DNA of 58,550 bases, filler included, from Pirum gemmata (Eukaryota), in assembly GCA_002812295.1 (NCBI GenBank). It is 9 parts of 9 records of this genome, joined end to end, with 100 filler letters (N's around TTAATTAATTAA, not from the genome) between each part and the next. Parts side by side here need not be neighbours in the genome. Positions count along the whole stretch, not along the records: positions 1 to 6,416 come from PDIN01000271.1; positions 6,517 to 12,861 come from PDIN01000272.1; 7 more parts are not named here. One strand, written 5' to 3'. The translations under genes were made by a program, and so were the position numbers. The notes beneath the pieces are model-generated. The model was not told the DNA's origin, searched no databases, and saw nothing but the letters and a program-made list of their open reading frames with translations. Positions 1 through 12,631 of this stretch are shown piece after piece (position 1 is the stretch's first letter; the number at the start of each line of letters is the position of its first letter).

Positions 1-56
1 TTGGACCGACCTTATTTAATTAATATAAAAAAAAAAAAAAACCAGCTAGTCTATTG

Positions 57-316
57 AAGCCAGATAAAAATAATTATTGCAACATCTGCCATATGAAGTT
101 GAATTATCTTGAATTATGAACCATATGAACTCAAAAATCCAAAAAAAATTCAAAATACTCCAATTTTAATGAAAGTACTACCAAAATGTGAGAAATCATC
201 TAACTAATAAAACTCTGCTATGAACCAATGGCTTGGTTTTAAAAATAATTTGGCTAGTTATAATTAAAGTTTTTCAGGAAAGAAGTCTAAAAAAAAGAGT
301 TCTACAGATTTATCCT
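57..316 (+). mobile_element. Dispersed repeat family G (~260 bp, imperfect GC.GGATAAAA inverted ends); copies near 14090-14345, 24015-24225, 34395-34580, 44407-44500, 54010-54245, 54967-55152
   Basis: Shared core CCAATTTTAATGAAAGTACTACCAAA...CTAACTAATAAAACTCT..TATGAACCAAT...AAAAATAATTTGGCTAG in both orientations. Confidence 0.7.
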
Positions 317-1688
317 TTGTATAATAAAAATAAATAAATTATTTACAGTAAATATATTTTTCTTTTTTAATTGATACCAAATATTTGAGAAATCATTTAC
401 TATTATGAACCAATTTGGCTAGTTTAAATATGATTCGGGTGGCTAGTACGTAGATGGGTGTAGATGTAAATTAATATATTATAATATTATATAAATAGAA
501 TCAATTTAAAAGGTATATTACACTATGATATAATTATATAGTATATCTAAATGGCCAAATTGAGCTGCCAAAAACACCCTTCATTTCTATTAATTGTTAT
601 GGAGATATTTTACTATTTCCAAGTAACCACATTGAGCTGCACCATTCATATAGCCCTAGCAGAGCACCCTTCATTTCTATTTAATAACAACAATAAATTA
701 TTTTATCATGTTATAACTTATAACAACATTATGATTCATTTTAAATTAAATTTTCTTGTATAATACTGGTACCTTATTACAACCAGAAAAATACGTATTT
801 TGCGCAAAAAAAGGTGCTGGTATAACAATGAGGACTGAAGGGTATAATCACATCTTCTTTCAAATATATATATATTTATTCATGAGACCTACATGATTTA
901 TTGGAATATTGGCTCTATAAGAAAACTTAAAATTATAAATATTGAGTGCTCATTGTCTTAATTAAAAAAGCGTATATATTTCAAATTATTATCTAGTAAT
1001 ATATATATTAATATATTATTATTTTATATATTTTATAAATGTGCATCGAGAAAGACGCTCCATTGAAAATAATTATTACCGATGGAAATTAAAAAGCTAA
1101 TCTAGAGCTTAAAACAGGCAAACTTTGTTATTGAATTTTCTTCATAGAATTATTATTACCCATTCTATAAACACTTATATTTTGTTACCAGACCATCACT
1201 TTAAGTTCACAAAAGCCAAACTAAAGCAAATAATGTAAATCTAGACTATCTAGATTCTTTTACTAATTATTTCCCCTGAAAAAAAAAATGCCAAAAAAAG
1301 GGTTTTTTTTTTTTATTCCAAATTAGGATTTGTTTTTTAGCTCGATGTAGATTTTTTTCATTTTCGAACATAAATCAACATAAATTGTTCGTCATCATAA
1401 AAAAAAAGCACCCGTCTTTCATAGTCTACAAAAAAAAAATTGGAATTTGACCAATGAAAATTGATAATTTAAACAACAATTTTTGCTGACAGGGACCTAA
1501 TTTCATCCAAAATTCGAAATTTTCAAATTTTGTTTTGTTTAAAATTCAATTAAAAGTCATTATTAAATATTTAAATTTTATTGGAAATATTTAATTAGCT
1601 CAACAATACCTTTCTGTAGATATTAGGAACACTATATTGGACAAAAAACAGAAAACCTAAAAAACTCCATTTCTAAGTATCATAGCGG

Positions 1689-1736
<48 letters not shown>

Positions 1737-3267
1737 AAAAAAAAAAAATCACACTGAATGAATTATCACATACCGGTATTATCCTAGCGGTATTATCAAT
1801 TTACCACAGCAAAAATACCAAATCGATGAAAAAAGAAACCTCCTTGACCAGTGACTTTAACCAAAAAATTTTCCAAACCCAATCCTGGGGTGTAAGTTGT
1901 AAGATAAAATAAAAATAATGATTATGATTATGATTATCAATATATTTATTATTTACAACTGAAATTTAAATTATGATTATCGTAATATTTTATTAATAAT
2001 AATGAATAATATATATCAATAACTAAAATGTTAATAAACACTTTCTGCTACTAAAGAAGTAGTAGGTATAGTCTATATACTCTATTCTAAAAAACTTACT
2101 AAGAAAAAACTTACTTATATATTAATATTAATATATTATATTCACACACAATTATGATATTATCATATGAAGATACTAGCATGAAGATAAAACATATTAA
2201 TAAATAATTCACAACTAACCAATCGATTTTACCCTAGGAAAATAGATTGATAATATAACTATAATATTCATATACCCGTAACCCGATAATTCACTGCGTG
2301 TTACTCAAAGATTTTAAATCCTAATTTAGAAAATAATTTTCACAACATTACAAAATAATATTCTTTAGAAATCGTTCATATAATAATATGATATTATATT
2401 TTTAAAAAAAATAACAAAGAAAAAAAGAATCTTTGTAACAATATTAATCGAGTAAATATTTAATGAAATCGTACCACAACACAATTAGAGTATCGTATAT
2501 AAAAGTATATACAAGGACTTTTGAAGTCCTTGGTATACCGGTATATTATAAATATAGTTATTAATATAAAATTTTAATATTCCAACAAACCAAGGACTTT
2601 AAAAAAAAAACAGGACTAGTATTAATAGCACTGTGGTCCTTTAAAAGCTTTTAAAAATAAACTTAAAAAAATAAAAGCCTAATTTTGTAAGTACTACTTT
2701 AAAAATAATATAATATTATAATAATAATCGTATATATATAAGGTCATGTGCCTTTAAATTTATTTTATAATTCTAATTATATAATGATAAAATAATATAT
2801 AATATTATAGTATACTATACTTTTATACGTTTAACATGATTAATATCTACATTGAAGTAATTTATAGGATTATTATTTTTAAAAAAATTTTATAATTTTG
2901 CGTATTATTAAAATTAGTGTATCATATTATTTTTACAAAAAATAATATTGTATATATAAAACTGTCCTACTAGCTAGCTCTATCCAGAGGGTCCTCTACT
3001 AGATATCATAATAATATTATTATCATAATAATATGATATCATAATATTATGCATATTATTATGACATCGATAGCTACTAGTAGCTAACTATCATAATAGA
3101 GTTCTATCATACCAGTAGCGCTAGCTAGCTACTAGCTAGCAAGCTACTAGCTAGAGCTAGCTAGCTAGAGAGTTCTACTACTAGCTGGTAGTATGATAGC
3201 TAGCTAGCTAGAGTCTGAAGTATATTATCATCATATTATTATGATATGATAATATAATATGAATATG

Positions 3268-3289
3268 CAAGGACTTTTTGAAGTCCTTG
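3268..3289. mobile_element. P-element-like terminal stub CAAGGACTT..AAGTCCTTG with exact 7-bp TSD GAATATG
   Basis: GAATATG|CAAGGACTTTTTGAAGTCCTTG|GAATATG. Relatives at 2512-2532, 11801-11843, 33057-33080, 38762-38787. Confidence 0.8.
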
Positions 3290-3760
3290 GAATATGTCAT
3301 ACTATCCTATCATAATATGCATAGACTATGAATAATTATCATAATATCATAGACTACCACTAGCTAGCTAGCTAGGTAGACAGACTATATAACTATGATA
3401 TTTTTATAAAAAGCAGCCAGCTAGCACTCAGCTAGCTAGAGTCTAGCTAGTTAGACTAGCTAGCTAGAGCTAGCTGGCTATCGATAGCTATCAGTACTCA
3501 GTAATTCAACTGTAATTCAGCTATATATTATCATATTTTATGATAGCTACTACTAGCTAGACTAGACTACTACTAGCTAGCTAGCTAGACTAGCTAGACT
3601 AGAGACTAGCTAGCTAGTTAGTAATGTGTTGCTCTACTACTAGCTAGTAGCTATGATACTTGTAGGCACCCCTTTTTTTTTAATAATAAATTAGAACAGC
3701 TGTTAGAACTTAGTTTTTTCTAATTAGTATAATAATATTATAATAATAGACATATAGACA

Positions 3761-3798
<38 letters not shown>

Positions 3799-4122
3799 TT
3801 GTAGACCTCTTCAAAACCCTCAAAACAACAGAACTACGGGTGTAAAGTTTCAAACAACACAAATGTTGACATATATAGTACTCTTGCATAGCTCCTGACA
3901 TCAGGACAACATCAAATTATTTTTATTTAGACCCCTCTATACGATAAATCGACAGAAAGTAATCAGTAAAGAGTCGGTTCTTTCAAAAAGTAGGAGTATA
4001 ACTAAAGTTTAGAAAAAATTGAGGCTTTATATCTTGGTTTTATACAATGTCATTATTATGATAATAATATTATGATATTATAATAATAATATTATGTTGT
4101 TCCCTAATACTTTTTTTTTTTA

Positions 4123-4306
4123 TCGTGCTTTTCAGTTGTTTTGTCATCATAAAATATACAATAAAGAGTACCAAATTAATATAATATAAATCCATTTCAT
4201 TTAATTTGGTATATTTTATTATATATTTATTCATTCAAAAATGTCAGTTTAAATATTGTAACCAACCAAATAAATATTCGGAGTAACAAAATAAATGAAA
4301 AAGATA
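4123..4306 (+). mobile_element. MITE family A, right end eroded
   Basis: Starts TA|TCGTGCTTTTCAG and is collinear with the family A consensus to GAGTAACAAAATAAATGAAAA. Confidence 0.85.
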
Positions 4307-4369
4307 CATGAGACACTAACTCATGAGCAGAGACCTACGTTAGGTCTCATGCTTAAAATAATAATTATT

Positions 4370-4450
4370 TTAGGGTTAGGGTTAGGGTTAGGGTCTAAGG
4401 GATTAGGGTTTTAGGGCCTAGCTAGGGTTAGGGTTAGACACTGGGGTTAG
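4370..4450 (+). repeat. Degenerate interstitial telomeric tract (others at ~44056-44103, 53463-53503, 55437-55487, 57482-57506)
   Basis: TTAGGG units mixed with variants. Confidence 0.85.
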
Positions 4451-5309
4451 ACAACTCTAGTTAGCAACACGCTAGTAGTCTACAATTAATTAGACCGGTG
4501 TTGCATTATTATTATTGTTGCATTGTTGTATTTTTTAAAAATATAATAATTGTTGACAATTGTTGTATTGATGTACATTGTATGCGTAGTACAGTGTTTT
4601 ATAATATAAAAAAAATAATAATGAAAATAAATTAAAAAATAAAATAAATAAATATTTAATTACATACATTATTAACAGTATATAAAAGCAATATTAAAAT
4701 GATAATGATAATATATATATATAATATAAGCTACTTATAATTTTATTAGTATAGAGAAAGTAAAAACGAAAACTTCATAATATATATTAGAATTATTCTT
4801 TTTTTTTTCGTTTTTTAATCTTTTTATTAGAAAATTTAAACATGTAGGAAAATATTTCAATAATAAGTAGTGCTTTAAATTAAATTAAAGCAATGGCAAG
4901 ATAGTGTGTAAAGATGGTTTTGAATACTAAAATTTAAAGTAAGGCACTCAATAAAAATTTTGATCAATACGTATATTTAATTAAGTACACATAACACGTA
5001 CAAGCTATAAATATTGTTCTGTAATTATAAGATTAGTTTTAAAAAGGAATGCATGTGCATTGAATATATATAGTATATTGTAAAATATACGCCCATAATG
5101 AAGTAATGATTTTCTTGTAGTTGTTAGCTATGGTTATTTATACTATTAATAATAACCCTTCTAGTTTACGCATTATATATAATATATGTGTTTCAAAACA
5201 CAATATTAATATGTACATGTCATAGTGTAACTGTTTTTTTGATGCCAATTTCTATCTTATTATTAAATTGTATATAATATTAAATATATTGTTATAATTT
5301 TTCACATGC

Positions 5310-6393
5310 TAGCTATAGGTCACCGAGAATAAATTGTTTTATTCCAGCCCATTTGATATTATAACATGCTTTTTCTTCTTCTTCTAGGTCATAACTCATG
5401 TAAAAGCTCCGTTTCTGATTCATTAAAAGTCAACAAAACAACATGGTCAACATCAAGTTTACCGAATATTTGCTTTCTAACATTCTTAAATAGTATATCA
5501 AAGTCATATGTAAAAAAGCAAATTAACGTCTATATATATATATATATATGATTTATGTACATGTTTTATTATTTTTAATTAATATTACAATACATGTGAT
5601 TATTATATATAAAGGATCGATGCCGGATAAACAATAGCAATTAATTATTCAGTTCAGATTTGCTTATAAGTTACATATAATAATATTAATTAAAATTTAA
5701 ATAATATATTAATATTTATATATTGAATGCCAAAAAATACATTTCTGAACAGACTAATTATCTAAAAATATAATTAATATAACTGATTGGAAAATTGCCG
5801 ATATAGTACCTGGTATCGATCGATGACTTTATAATATAAAAATAATTTTTTTCGGACAATTAATTAATTAGTAGGAGGTTGCGATTATTACTATTATTAC
5901 CCTAACACATTTTCGGTGCCGTCCGAAGCTTAAAAATTAAGGACTACTCGTATTATATTAGTTAAGAGAATAATAGAAAAATCATACTGATTCTTGGATT
6001 GCAATATCATTAACTGTACTACCAATGGTAAATAAAACCATTTTGACTAGGTACTTTGCGATTTTACAAAAACAATATCTGAACCAGGTGTTAAACACAA
6101 TATATATTATATAATATGATAATTATAATTAATAATAATAACAATAATGATAATGATAATGAATAATGATATAATATAATAATAATAATAATAATAATAA
6201 CAATACTGCTACTGCTACTATTAAGAGGGATGATTGTTCCTCGCTGCTATCAGAAACATTTAGTACTAGTAGATTAGTTCATTATAATATACAAATTCCA
6301 CAAGGAGTAAGATTCCGTTGGCTAGCACATGTTTTAGAGGTTGATACTATTGCTAATCATGATAAACGAAAGCTTCAAGCGATTTTCCTAATA
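5310..6393. pseudogene. Patchy exon-like remnants of unknown gene(s)
   Basis: Higher-GC islands between AT-only tracts. Minus 5530-5315 reads DVNLLFTYDFDILFKNVRKQIFGKLDVDHVVLLTFNESETELLHEL*PRRRRK after an AG; plus 6181-6393 is open for ~70 codons. No family recognised. Confidence 0.25.
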
Positions 6394-6416
6394 ATATGAT
6401 AATAATAATAATAATA

Positions 6417-6516
6417 NNNNNNNNNNNNNNNNNNNNNNNNNNNNNNNNNNNNNNNNNNNNTTAATTAATTAANNNNNNNNNNNNNNNNNNNNNNNNNNNN
6501 NNNNNNNNNNNNNNNN
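6417..6516. other. Artificial contig-joining spacer (N44-TTAATTAATTAA-N44); identical spacers at 12862-12961, 19549-19648, 26049-26148, 32491-32590, 39016-39115, 45609-45708, 52100-52199
   Basis: The same 100-nt pattern, with a palindromic six-frame stop linker, occurs eight times at ~6.5 kb spacing. ORFs and repeats are cut at these points. Confidence 0.97.
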
Positions 6517-6560
6517 CCCTAACCCTAACCCTAACCCTAACCCTAACCCTAACACCCTAA
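6517..6560 (-). repeat. (CCCTAA)n telomeric repeat at a contig start
   Basis: About seven hexamers abutting the spacer, in the orientation expected for a left chromosome end. An interstitial tract that broke the assembly is equally possible. Confidence 0.8.
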
Positions 6561-8319
6561 GAGAGGCAAAAATAAGGCAAGAATAGCACATTCAATAAAA
6601 AAGTAAAATTATTGGACAACAGCTACTACTAGCTACTAGCTAGTAGTCTAGCTATCATAGAGTGTTAGCTACTAGTAGTCTAGCTAGCTAGCTAGCTAGA
6701 GAGGAGTTTTATAATAATATCTAGAGTTTTTTATATCGATATCATACCGGTATATGATAGGTAATATTGGGGCTATATTGGGGTAAAACCCAGTCAACTA
6801 AACCCAGTCAAAATCTCTACTGTAGCTAGCTGCTAGCTACTAGCTAAAAGACTCAGCTAAAAGACTATGACATAGCTAGCTAGCTACTACTAGCCTCTAA
6901 CTAAAGAGCATGAGCTAGCTACTAGCTAGTAGAGAACATCACACATGCTGTAGTAGTCTAGCTGCTGTAGTATGATATGACCATAGTAGACCCCCCTTCC
7001 CCCCCCCGTCTACTAAAAGGTTCCACTTGGTAGGTTCCATAGTATCAGATAGTCTAGCTATGGATAGCTCTAGCTAGCTAGTAGCTAGACTAGCTAGTAG
7101 TAATCTAGCTAGGTTCTTGGGCAGGCGAACAATGCATAGCTAGCTATATACTGTACTGTAGACTGTACTGTAGACTGTTGCTACAGGTGTGGCAGCTGCC
7201 TACTACTAGCTAGCTAATAATAGCTAATAATAAGTATCATATGTCATACTAGCTAGCTACTAGCTAGCTAGCTAGTAGTAGCATGGTAGGTCTAGTAGTG
7301 CTACTAGCTAGCCACTAGCTAGTAGCTAGTAGGCTAGTATCATAGCTATTATGATATTATTAGAAATATCGATAACTGCTTACGATAGCTACAGCCTACA
7401 TGGTAGCTTCAGCTGTAGCTTCCCTGGTAGGTAACTCTACTAGGTAGGTAACTAACTACCTATTATTTCTAATATGATATTCATTTTTTTCTCTCCAGTC
7501 CTTTTCCTTCAGAAAAAAGAGGAGCAGCAATAATAAATTATCATACAGTTTTATTTTAAATATGTATATCCGATGAACTACCAAAGTATCAACAAATTTA
7601 ACTATGGTATATATGATATATTATAATTGTAACACCTTTTTCCGGCCCTTCGGTTTCTGCACTTCTTCAGCCTTCTTCAGCTTAGCCTAGCTTAGCCTAC
7701 TTTTTCTCTTTCTTTTTGAACCCTAATTAATCATCTACTATCATAGCTAAACTCTAGCTAGCTAGCAGTAGACGAATTTTTTTTAACTTTTTACCACTTT
7801 TTTACCTCTTTTTATCATATTATTAATATTTTTATAAAATTTAATTAAAATATTTGTGCTACTGACTGGATGCAACTCTGGATGCTGGAAATGCTGGAGT
7901 ATGAAATATCGGATAATATAGCTGATAATATACTAGATGAAATATAATAGTTAATATAATGATAATAATAATAATAATAATTAATAATATAATAATAATA
8001 AATTGATATAAAAATATCGTAAATTAATTATGATATGTCATACTGTTATAAAAATTACCATATATCATACACAACAAAAAATATGAGCAGAGTACTATTA
8101 TACTACTATTATACTATCGATACTATTATATACGAGTGATAATTTTTCATAAATTCCTCCAGCTAGAGAGAGAGCCACTAACTAGCTAGCTCTAGCTAGT
8201 GCTACTAGACTGCTACTAGCTAGCTACTACTCTAGCTACCTAGTAGTAACTGTAGCTAGAGTAGACTAGCTATTAACAGTAGCTATTAATAGGTAGCTAG
8301 CTAGCTGGCTAGTCATAGC

Positions 8320-9116
8320 TGGTGCAAACCGCCTAGAAACGTCTTACTTTTTTTTCTAATTTTAAAAGTCTTACCCTTTTTTTGTACATGTTCGAAACTT
8401 TCAAATATATTAAAAACTACTTAACTACTTATGTTCGAAATCGAGTTCAAAATTTCGAACGTAGTAAAAATGTTCGAACATGTGATCGAATGTTCGAGTT
8501 GATGATCATCAAAAGTTTCGAGCAGCTTTACATAAGTTCTGGGAAATGTTCGAGCCTAAGTGATTATATGTTCGAATCCTTCTCACCTCTCAAAAATAGC
8601 CATTTTTTTCAAACTCATTTTTCCTAGCTCATTTTTCTATTTGAAAAAAATTGGACCTGAGTATAATAAAGTGAGTAGGTGGATTTTCGGGTAGGGTTTT
8701 ATTCTAGCTAGGGGTTTTATTTTGGGAAAAATGACCCAAAAAAATATGGTGTGTTTGAAAGTTTACACTGCAACTTTACAGCTCGTCAAAAAAAAAAAAA
8801 AAAAAAAAACATTAATAANNNNNNNNNNNNNNNNNNNNNNNNNNNNNNNNNNNNNNNNNNNNNNNNNNNNNNNNNNNNNNNNNNNNNNNNNNNNNNNNNN
8901 NNNNNNNNNNNNNNNNNNNTATATAATAAAATATACCAAATTAAATTAAATGGATGTATATTGTATTAATTTGGTACTATTTATTGTATATTTTATGATG
9001 ACAAAACAAATGAAAAGCACTATATAGAATTTCTCGACAGGCCTTTGTTCGAAGTTCGAACCCTGAAAAAATTCTAGTGAATCCCAAAGTAGGGTGTTTG
9101 TAGGCCGTTTGCACCA
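8320..9116 (+). mobile_element. TIR element family I (TGGTGCAAAC.GCCTA.AAAC termini); spans an N gap and a nested family A fragment
   Basis: Left GGTGCAAACCGCCTAGAAAC versus right GTTTGTAGGCCGTTTGCACCA|TA; interior rich in TTCGAA motifs. Confidence 0.7.
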
Positions 9117-9252
9117 TAGCTATCAATTAATAAAGAAGTTGCTCAGAAAGAAGTTGACTTATAAATAAATTAGACTCGACTAAGCACTGGTCGAGGACAG
9201 ATCAAGAAAAAAACCCTAGAAAAAATTCCCAGAAAAAAATAGTTAAAATAAT

Positions 9253-9485
9253 AGTAGGGGTGAGATGACGTCATTTTATTATTACCGAACAGCTGCCAGA
9301 ACTTTTCCGATTTTATGGTTTTTATTACTATTAATGTTAATACTATTACTTTAATTGGTACCTATTACAATTAGATTTACTATTTTAAGCTATTTAACTG
9401 CTATTATTAGTAAAGAACACGGAACTAAGGTCGGCTCGATAAGCATATGTTCGAAAAAAGCTCCAGTAGATATCTCACCCCTACT
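9253..9485 (+). mobile_element. MITE family C (~230 bp, 14-bp TIR AGTAGGGGTGAGAT, ~8-bp TSD)
   Basis: AGTAGGGGTGAGAT...ATCTCACCCCTACT; flanks AAAATAAT / AAAAAAAT (7/8). Confidence 0.88.
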
Positions 9486-9671
9486 AAAAAAATCCCTTAT
9501 CATCATAGAAAAAATCCTAATCCAGTTGATATTGATAATCTAAATATGATAGCCTTTGATAGGCATATCATGATAGGTAGAGGATTTTAGAGAGGTTAGA
9601 GAATAGTTAGTAAAGTTTCTTTTTTATTGTTATGCATATTTTTTACATTTTATAATAATATAATTATTAAA

Positions 9672-10246
9672 ACATCTACTACAACTACAACTACAACTAC
9701 CACTACCACTTCTACTACTACTACTACTACTACTTTGATACAACAGCAACAACTACTACTACTACCACTATCACTATCACTACCACTACCACTACCACTA
9801 CCGCACTTGATCATAAGAAATACTTTATTATACCTATATGGTACGGTATTGATATTCTTGTATGACAGTTTGTTGATTATAAGTCTGGGTGCTCACGGAA
9901 CACACATTGTTTTTTGTGTTTTTGTTGTTGGTATTATATGAATCAGTATGGTACTTCAGTATGATACATGGCTACAACTACTACTACAACTACCACTACT
10001 ACCACCACTACTACTACTACTACTACTATGATACAACAGCAACAACAACTACTACTGCCACTATTACTATCACTACCACTACCAACTACCACTACCGCAC
10101 TTGATCATAAGAAATACTTTATTATACCTATATGGTACGGTATTGATATTCTTGTATGACAGTTGTTGATTATAAGTCTTGGTGCTCACGGAACACACAT
10201 TGTTTTTTGTGTTTTTGTTGTTGGTATGAATCAGTATGGTACTTCA
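9672..10246 (+). repeat. ~290-bp tandem duplication (two copies) starting in a (CTA/CCA)n tract
   Basis: GATACAACAGCAAC...CCGCACTTGATCATAAG...GAATCAGTATGGTACTTCA occurs twice. Confidence 0.9.
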
Positions 10247-10865
10247 TGGCTACTTTTTTAAATTATTAATTTTAATAAAAAGTATCATATTATTTTTAAA
10301 ACAAGAGTGACTGGCACTGGCTGCCCCTAGCTAGCTAGCTATCATAGCTAGAGTAAGTCCACCTATTGTACTGGTAAATTTGTACAGCCTACTGATTGTA
10401 CTCTATATGTATATTTAGTTCAGGTTTTCAAGACGAGAATTCGAGCCTTTCCCGCGGAAAGGCAAAGCTTTTTTTGGTATTTTATTTTTTATTTTTTATA
10501 AATATGACGGAGGTCTATTTTTAATTTTTTTTTTTTTTTTAAAAAAAATGCTATAGATGGCTGGACTATCATAGCTAAATGACATAGGTAGACTATGGCT
10601 AGAGCAACCTAGCTAGCTACTAGAACCTCTACTATCATAGTAGTAGTTAGCTAGCTACTAGAGCCAGAACCTTTTTATACTGCCTAGCTAGCTAGTAGCT
10701 ACTAGCTAGCTAGCTTCAGTATGGTAAACGAAAGTTACGAAATTGGTAGTCTTCTTTTTCATACAATTTTACCCAGCGTTATTTTTTTTTTACCATTTTT
10801 TTTAGACTTCAGACAGATTCATTCAAGGTTTTCTTGAACTACTACTATATCAAACAGCCCTAGTC

Positions 10866-11033
10866 AAGTCATTCAGACGGTTCAGAAAGTCATTCAGACG
10901 GTTCAGAAAGTCATCCAGACGGTTCAGAAAGTCATTCAGACGGTTCAGAAAGTCATTCAGACGGTTTAGAAAGTCATTCAGACGGCTCAGAAAGTCATTC
11001 AGACGGTTCAGACAGTCATTCAGATGGTTCAGA
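10866..11033 (+). repeat. 21-bp minisatellite (AAGTCATTCAGACGGTTCAGA)x8
   Basis: Eight head-to-tail units with 0-2 substitutions each and no spacers. Confidence 0.95.
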
Positions 11034-11119
11034 CAGACTCATTTTTTTAGTCAATGGTAGCTAGCTATCATAGTGCTTGACTAGGATATTTGATATCATA
11101 GCTTGTTTACTGTTTGGGA

Positions 11120-11460
11120 CCTAGCCAAATACAGCTTCAAATACCCCTACCTACCTACCTACCCCTCGACGTTAATTTCCGGTCAAATACCACTTACTTA
11201 CCTACCCCTTGAAGTGACGTATTATTCGAACGTTCCCTTTGTAGACCCACCCGATCGGAGTTTTTTTTTCTTGAACTAATAAGGGATTTCAAATACTATG
11301 TAACGCCAATTTCCGGTCAAGAAGTACTGCTTCAAATACCCCTCCCTACCTACCTACCCCTTGACGTTAATTTCCGGTCAAATACCGCCTACCTATCTAC
11401 CCCTTGACGTGACGTATTATTCGAACGTTCCCTTTGTAGACCCACCCGATCGGAGTTTTT
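11120..11460 (+). mobile_element. Family E element in a local tandem duplication (partial copy plus near-full copy, each followed by TTGTAGACCCACCCGATCGGAG)
   Basis: Two collinear copies of CTTCAAATACCCCT...GACGTATTATTCGAACGTTCCCT, homologous to 42382-42528. Confidence 0.75.
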
Positions 11461-12385
11461 TCACCAGCTTACTCACAACACCAACACCAACACCAACACC
11501 AACACCAACACCAACACCAACAACAATCAAAACATGAGATTTTTAAATTTCAGTGGTAAAAACTTTTTTTTAAAACTGTGGTAAATAAAAATCAAGGAAT
11601 TCAAGAAAAAAAAAACCCCTTTTGTTTTGGTCATGATTTATGAAATTATGACTTTTAATTTAATATCATATGTTAACTGTTGTATGATATTAAATATTAT
11701 GATATCGATAGTTGCATTGATATTAATTTTATTTATATATACTCACGAGCACTATAATAATATTATACTACTGCTTACAGGCCTCTGCTTTAACCTATAG
11801 CAAGGACTTCAAAAAAAAAAGACTTTGAAGTTTGAAGTCCTTGCCTATAATTTGGTACTGTATATTAGAAAATCTAAAATAATATCTCTGAATAATATCT
11901 ACTATATAATCTATGTTATCGTACAATGCAATGACGTCTTACAACAACGTCGTAGCAACGTATGGTTACGTTACGTATCATATTGATTCATTATCAATAA
12001 AAAAAATATATTATTATTTGTAATAGTTTGTGGTATAATAGTAATTAGTGGTAGTAATAAATGTAATAAATAGCCTTTTATAATAAATAAATAAATGATG
12101 AATTTTTGTAATTTTTTATTAATAACGTAAAAAGAATAACTAACTAGTCTATACTATAGCACTAGTAGGTCTTTAGCAAAGGTATTTATCGATATTAATT
12201 AACAATGATAAGTTAACTAACAAAAGTAATCATAACTAATAAAAAGTTTATAATATCTGATTTATATTAATAATAATATACCAGTATTATAATCATAGAT
12301 TCATATTCTGTTCTTGTCATCTTGATCATATCGATTATTGTCCATTTTAAATTTTGGCTAGACTAGTAGATATTACAGTATTGAT

Positions 12386-12631
12386 AGTAGGGGTGAGATA
12401 TCTAAGCTGATATCTACTGGAACTTTTTTCGAACATATACTTATCGAGCCAACCTTAGTTCCGTGTTACTTACTAATAATAGCAGTTAAATAGCTTAAAA
12501 TGGTAAATATAATTATAGTAGATACTAATTAAAGTAACAATTTTAACATTAACAGTATTTTAAAAAAATAAAATCGAAAAAGTTCCGGCAGCTGTTCGGT
12601 AATAATAAAATGACGTCATCTCACCCCTACT
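12386..12631 (-). mobile_element. MITE family C copy
   Basis: Both TIRs intact; reverse complement of 9253-9485; flanked by a 19-bp direct repeat. Confidence 0.88.

Noticed and set aside
6461..6472. TTAATTAATTAA recurring every ~6.5 kb as a biological periodic element
   Set aside because: Always centred in identical N padding; it is a six-frame stop linker used to concatenate contigs. Gene neighbourhoods across it are meaningless.
9672..10246. Tandem duplication as a functional unit
   Set aside because: It starts in a microsatellite and has no intact ORF; it could be a local duplication or two haplotypes assembled in tandem.
10866..11033. CRISPR-like array
   Set aside because: Units are head-to-tail with no unique spacers, there are no cas genes, and the context is eukaryotic.
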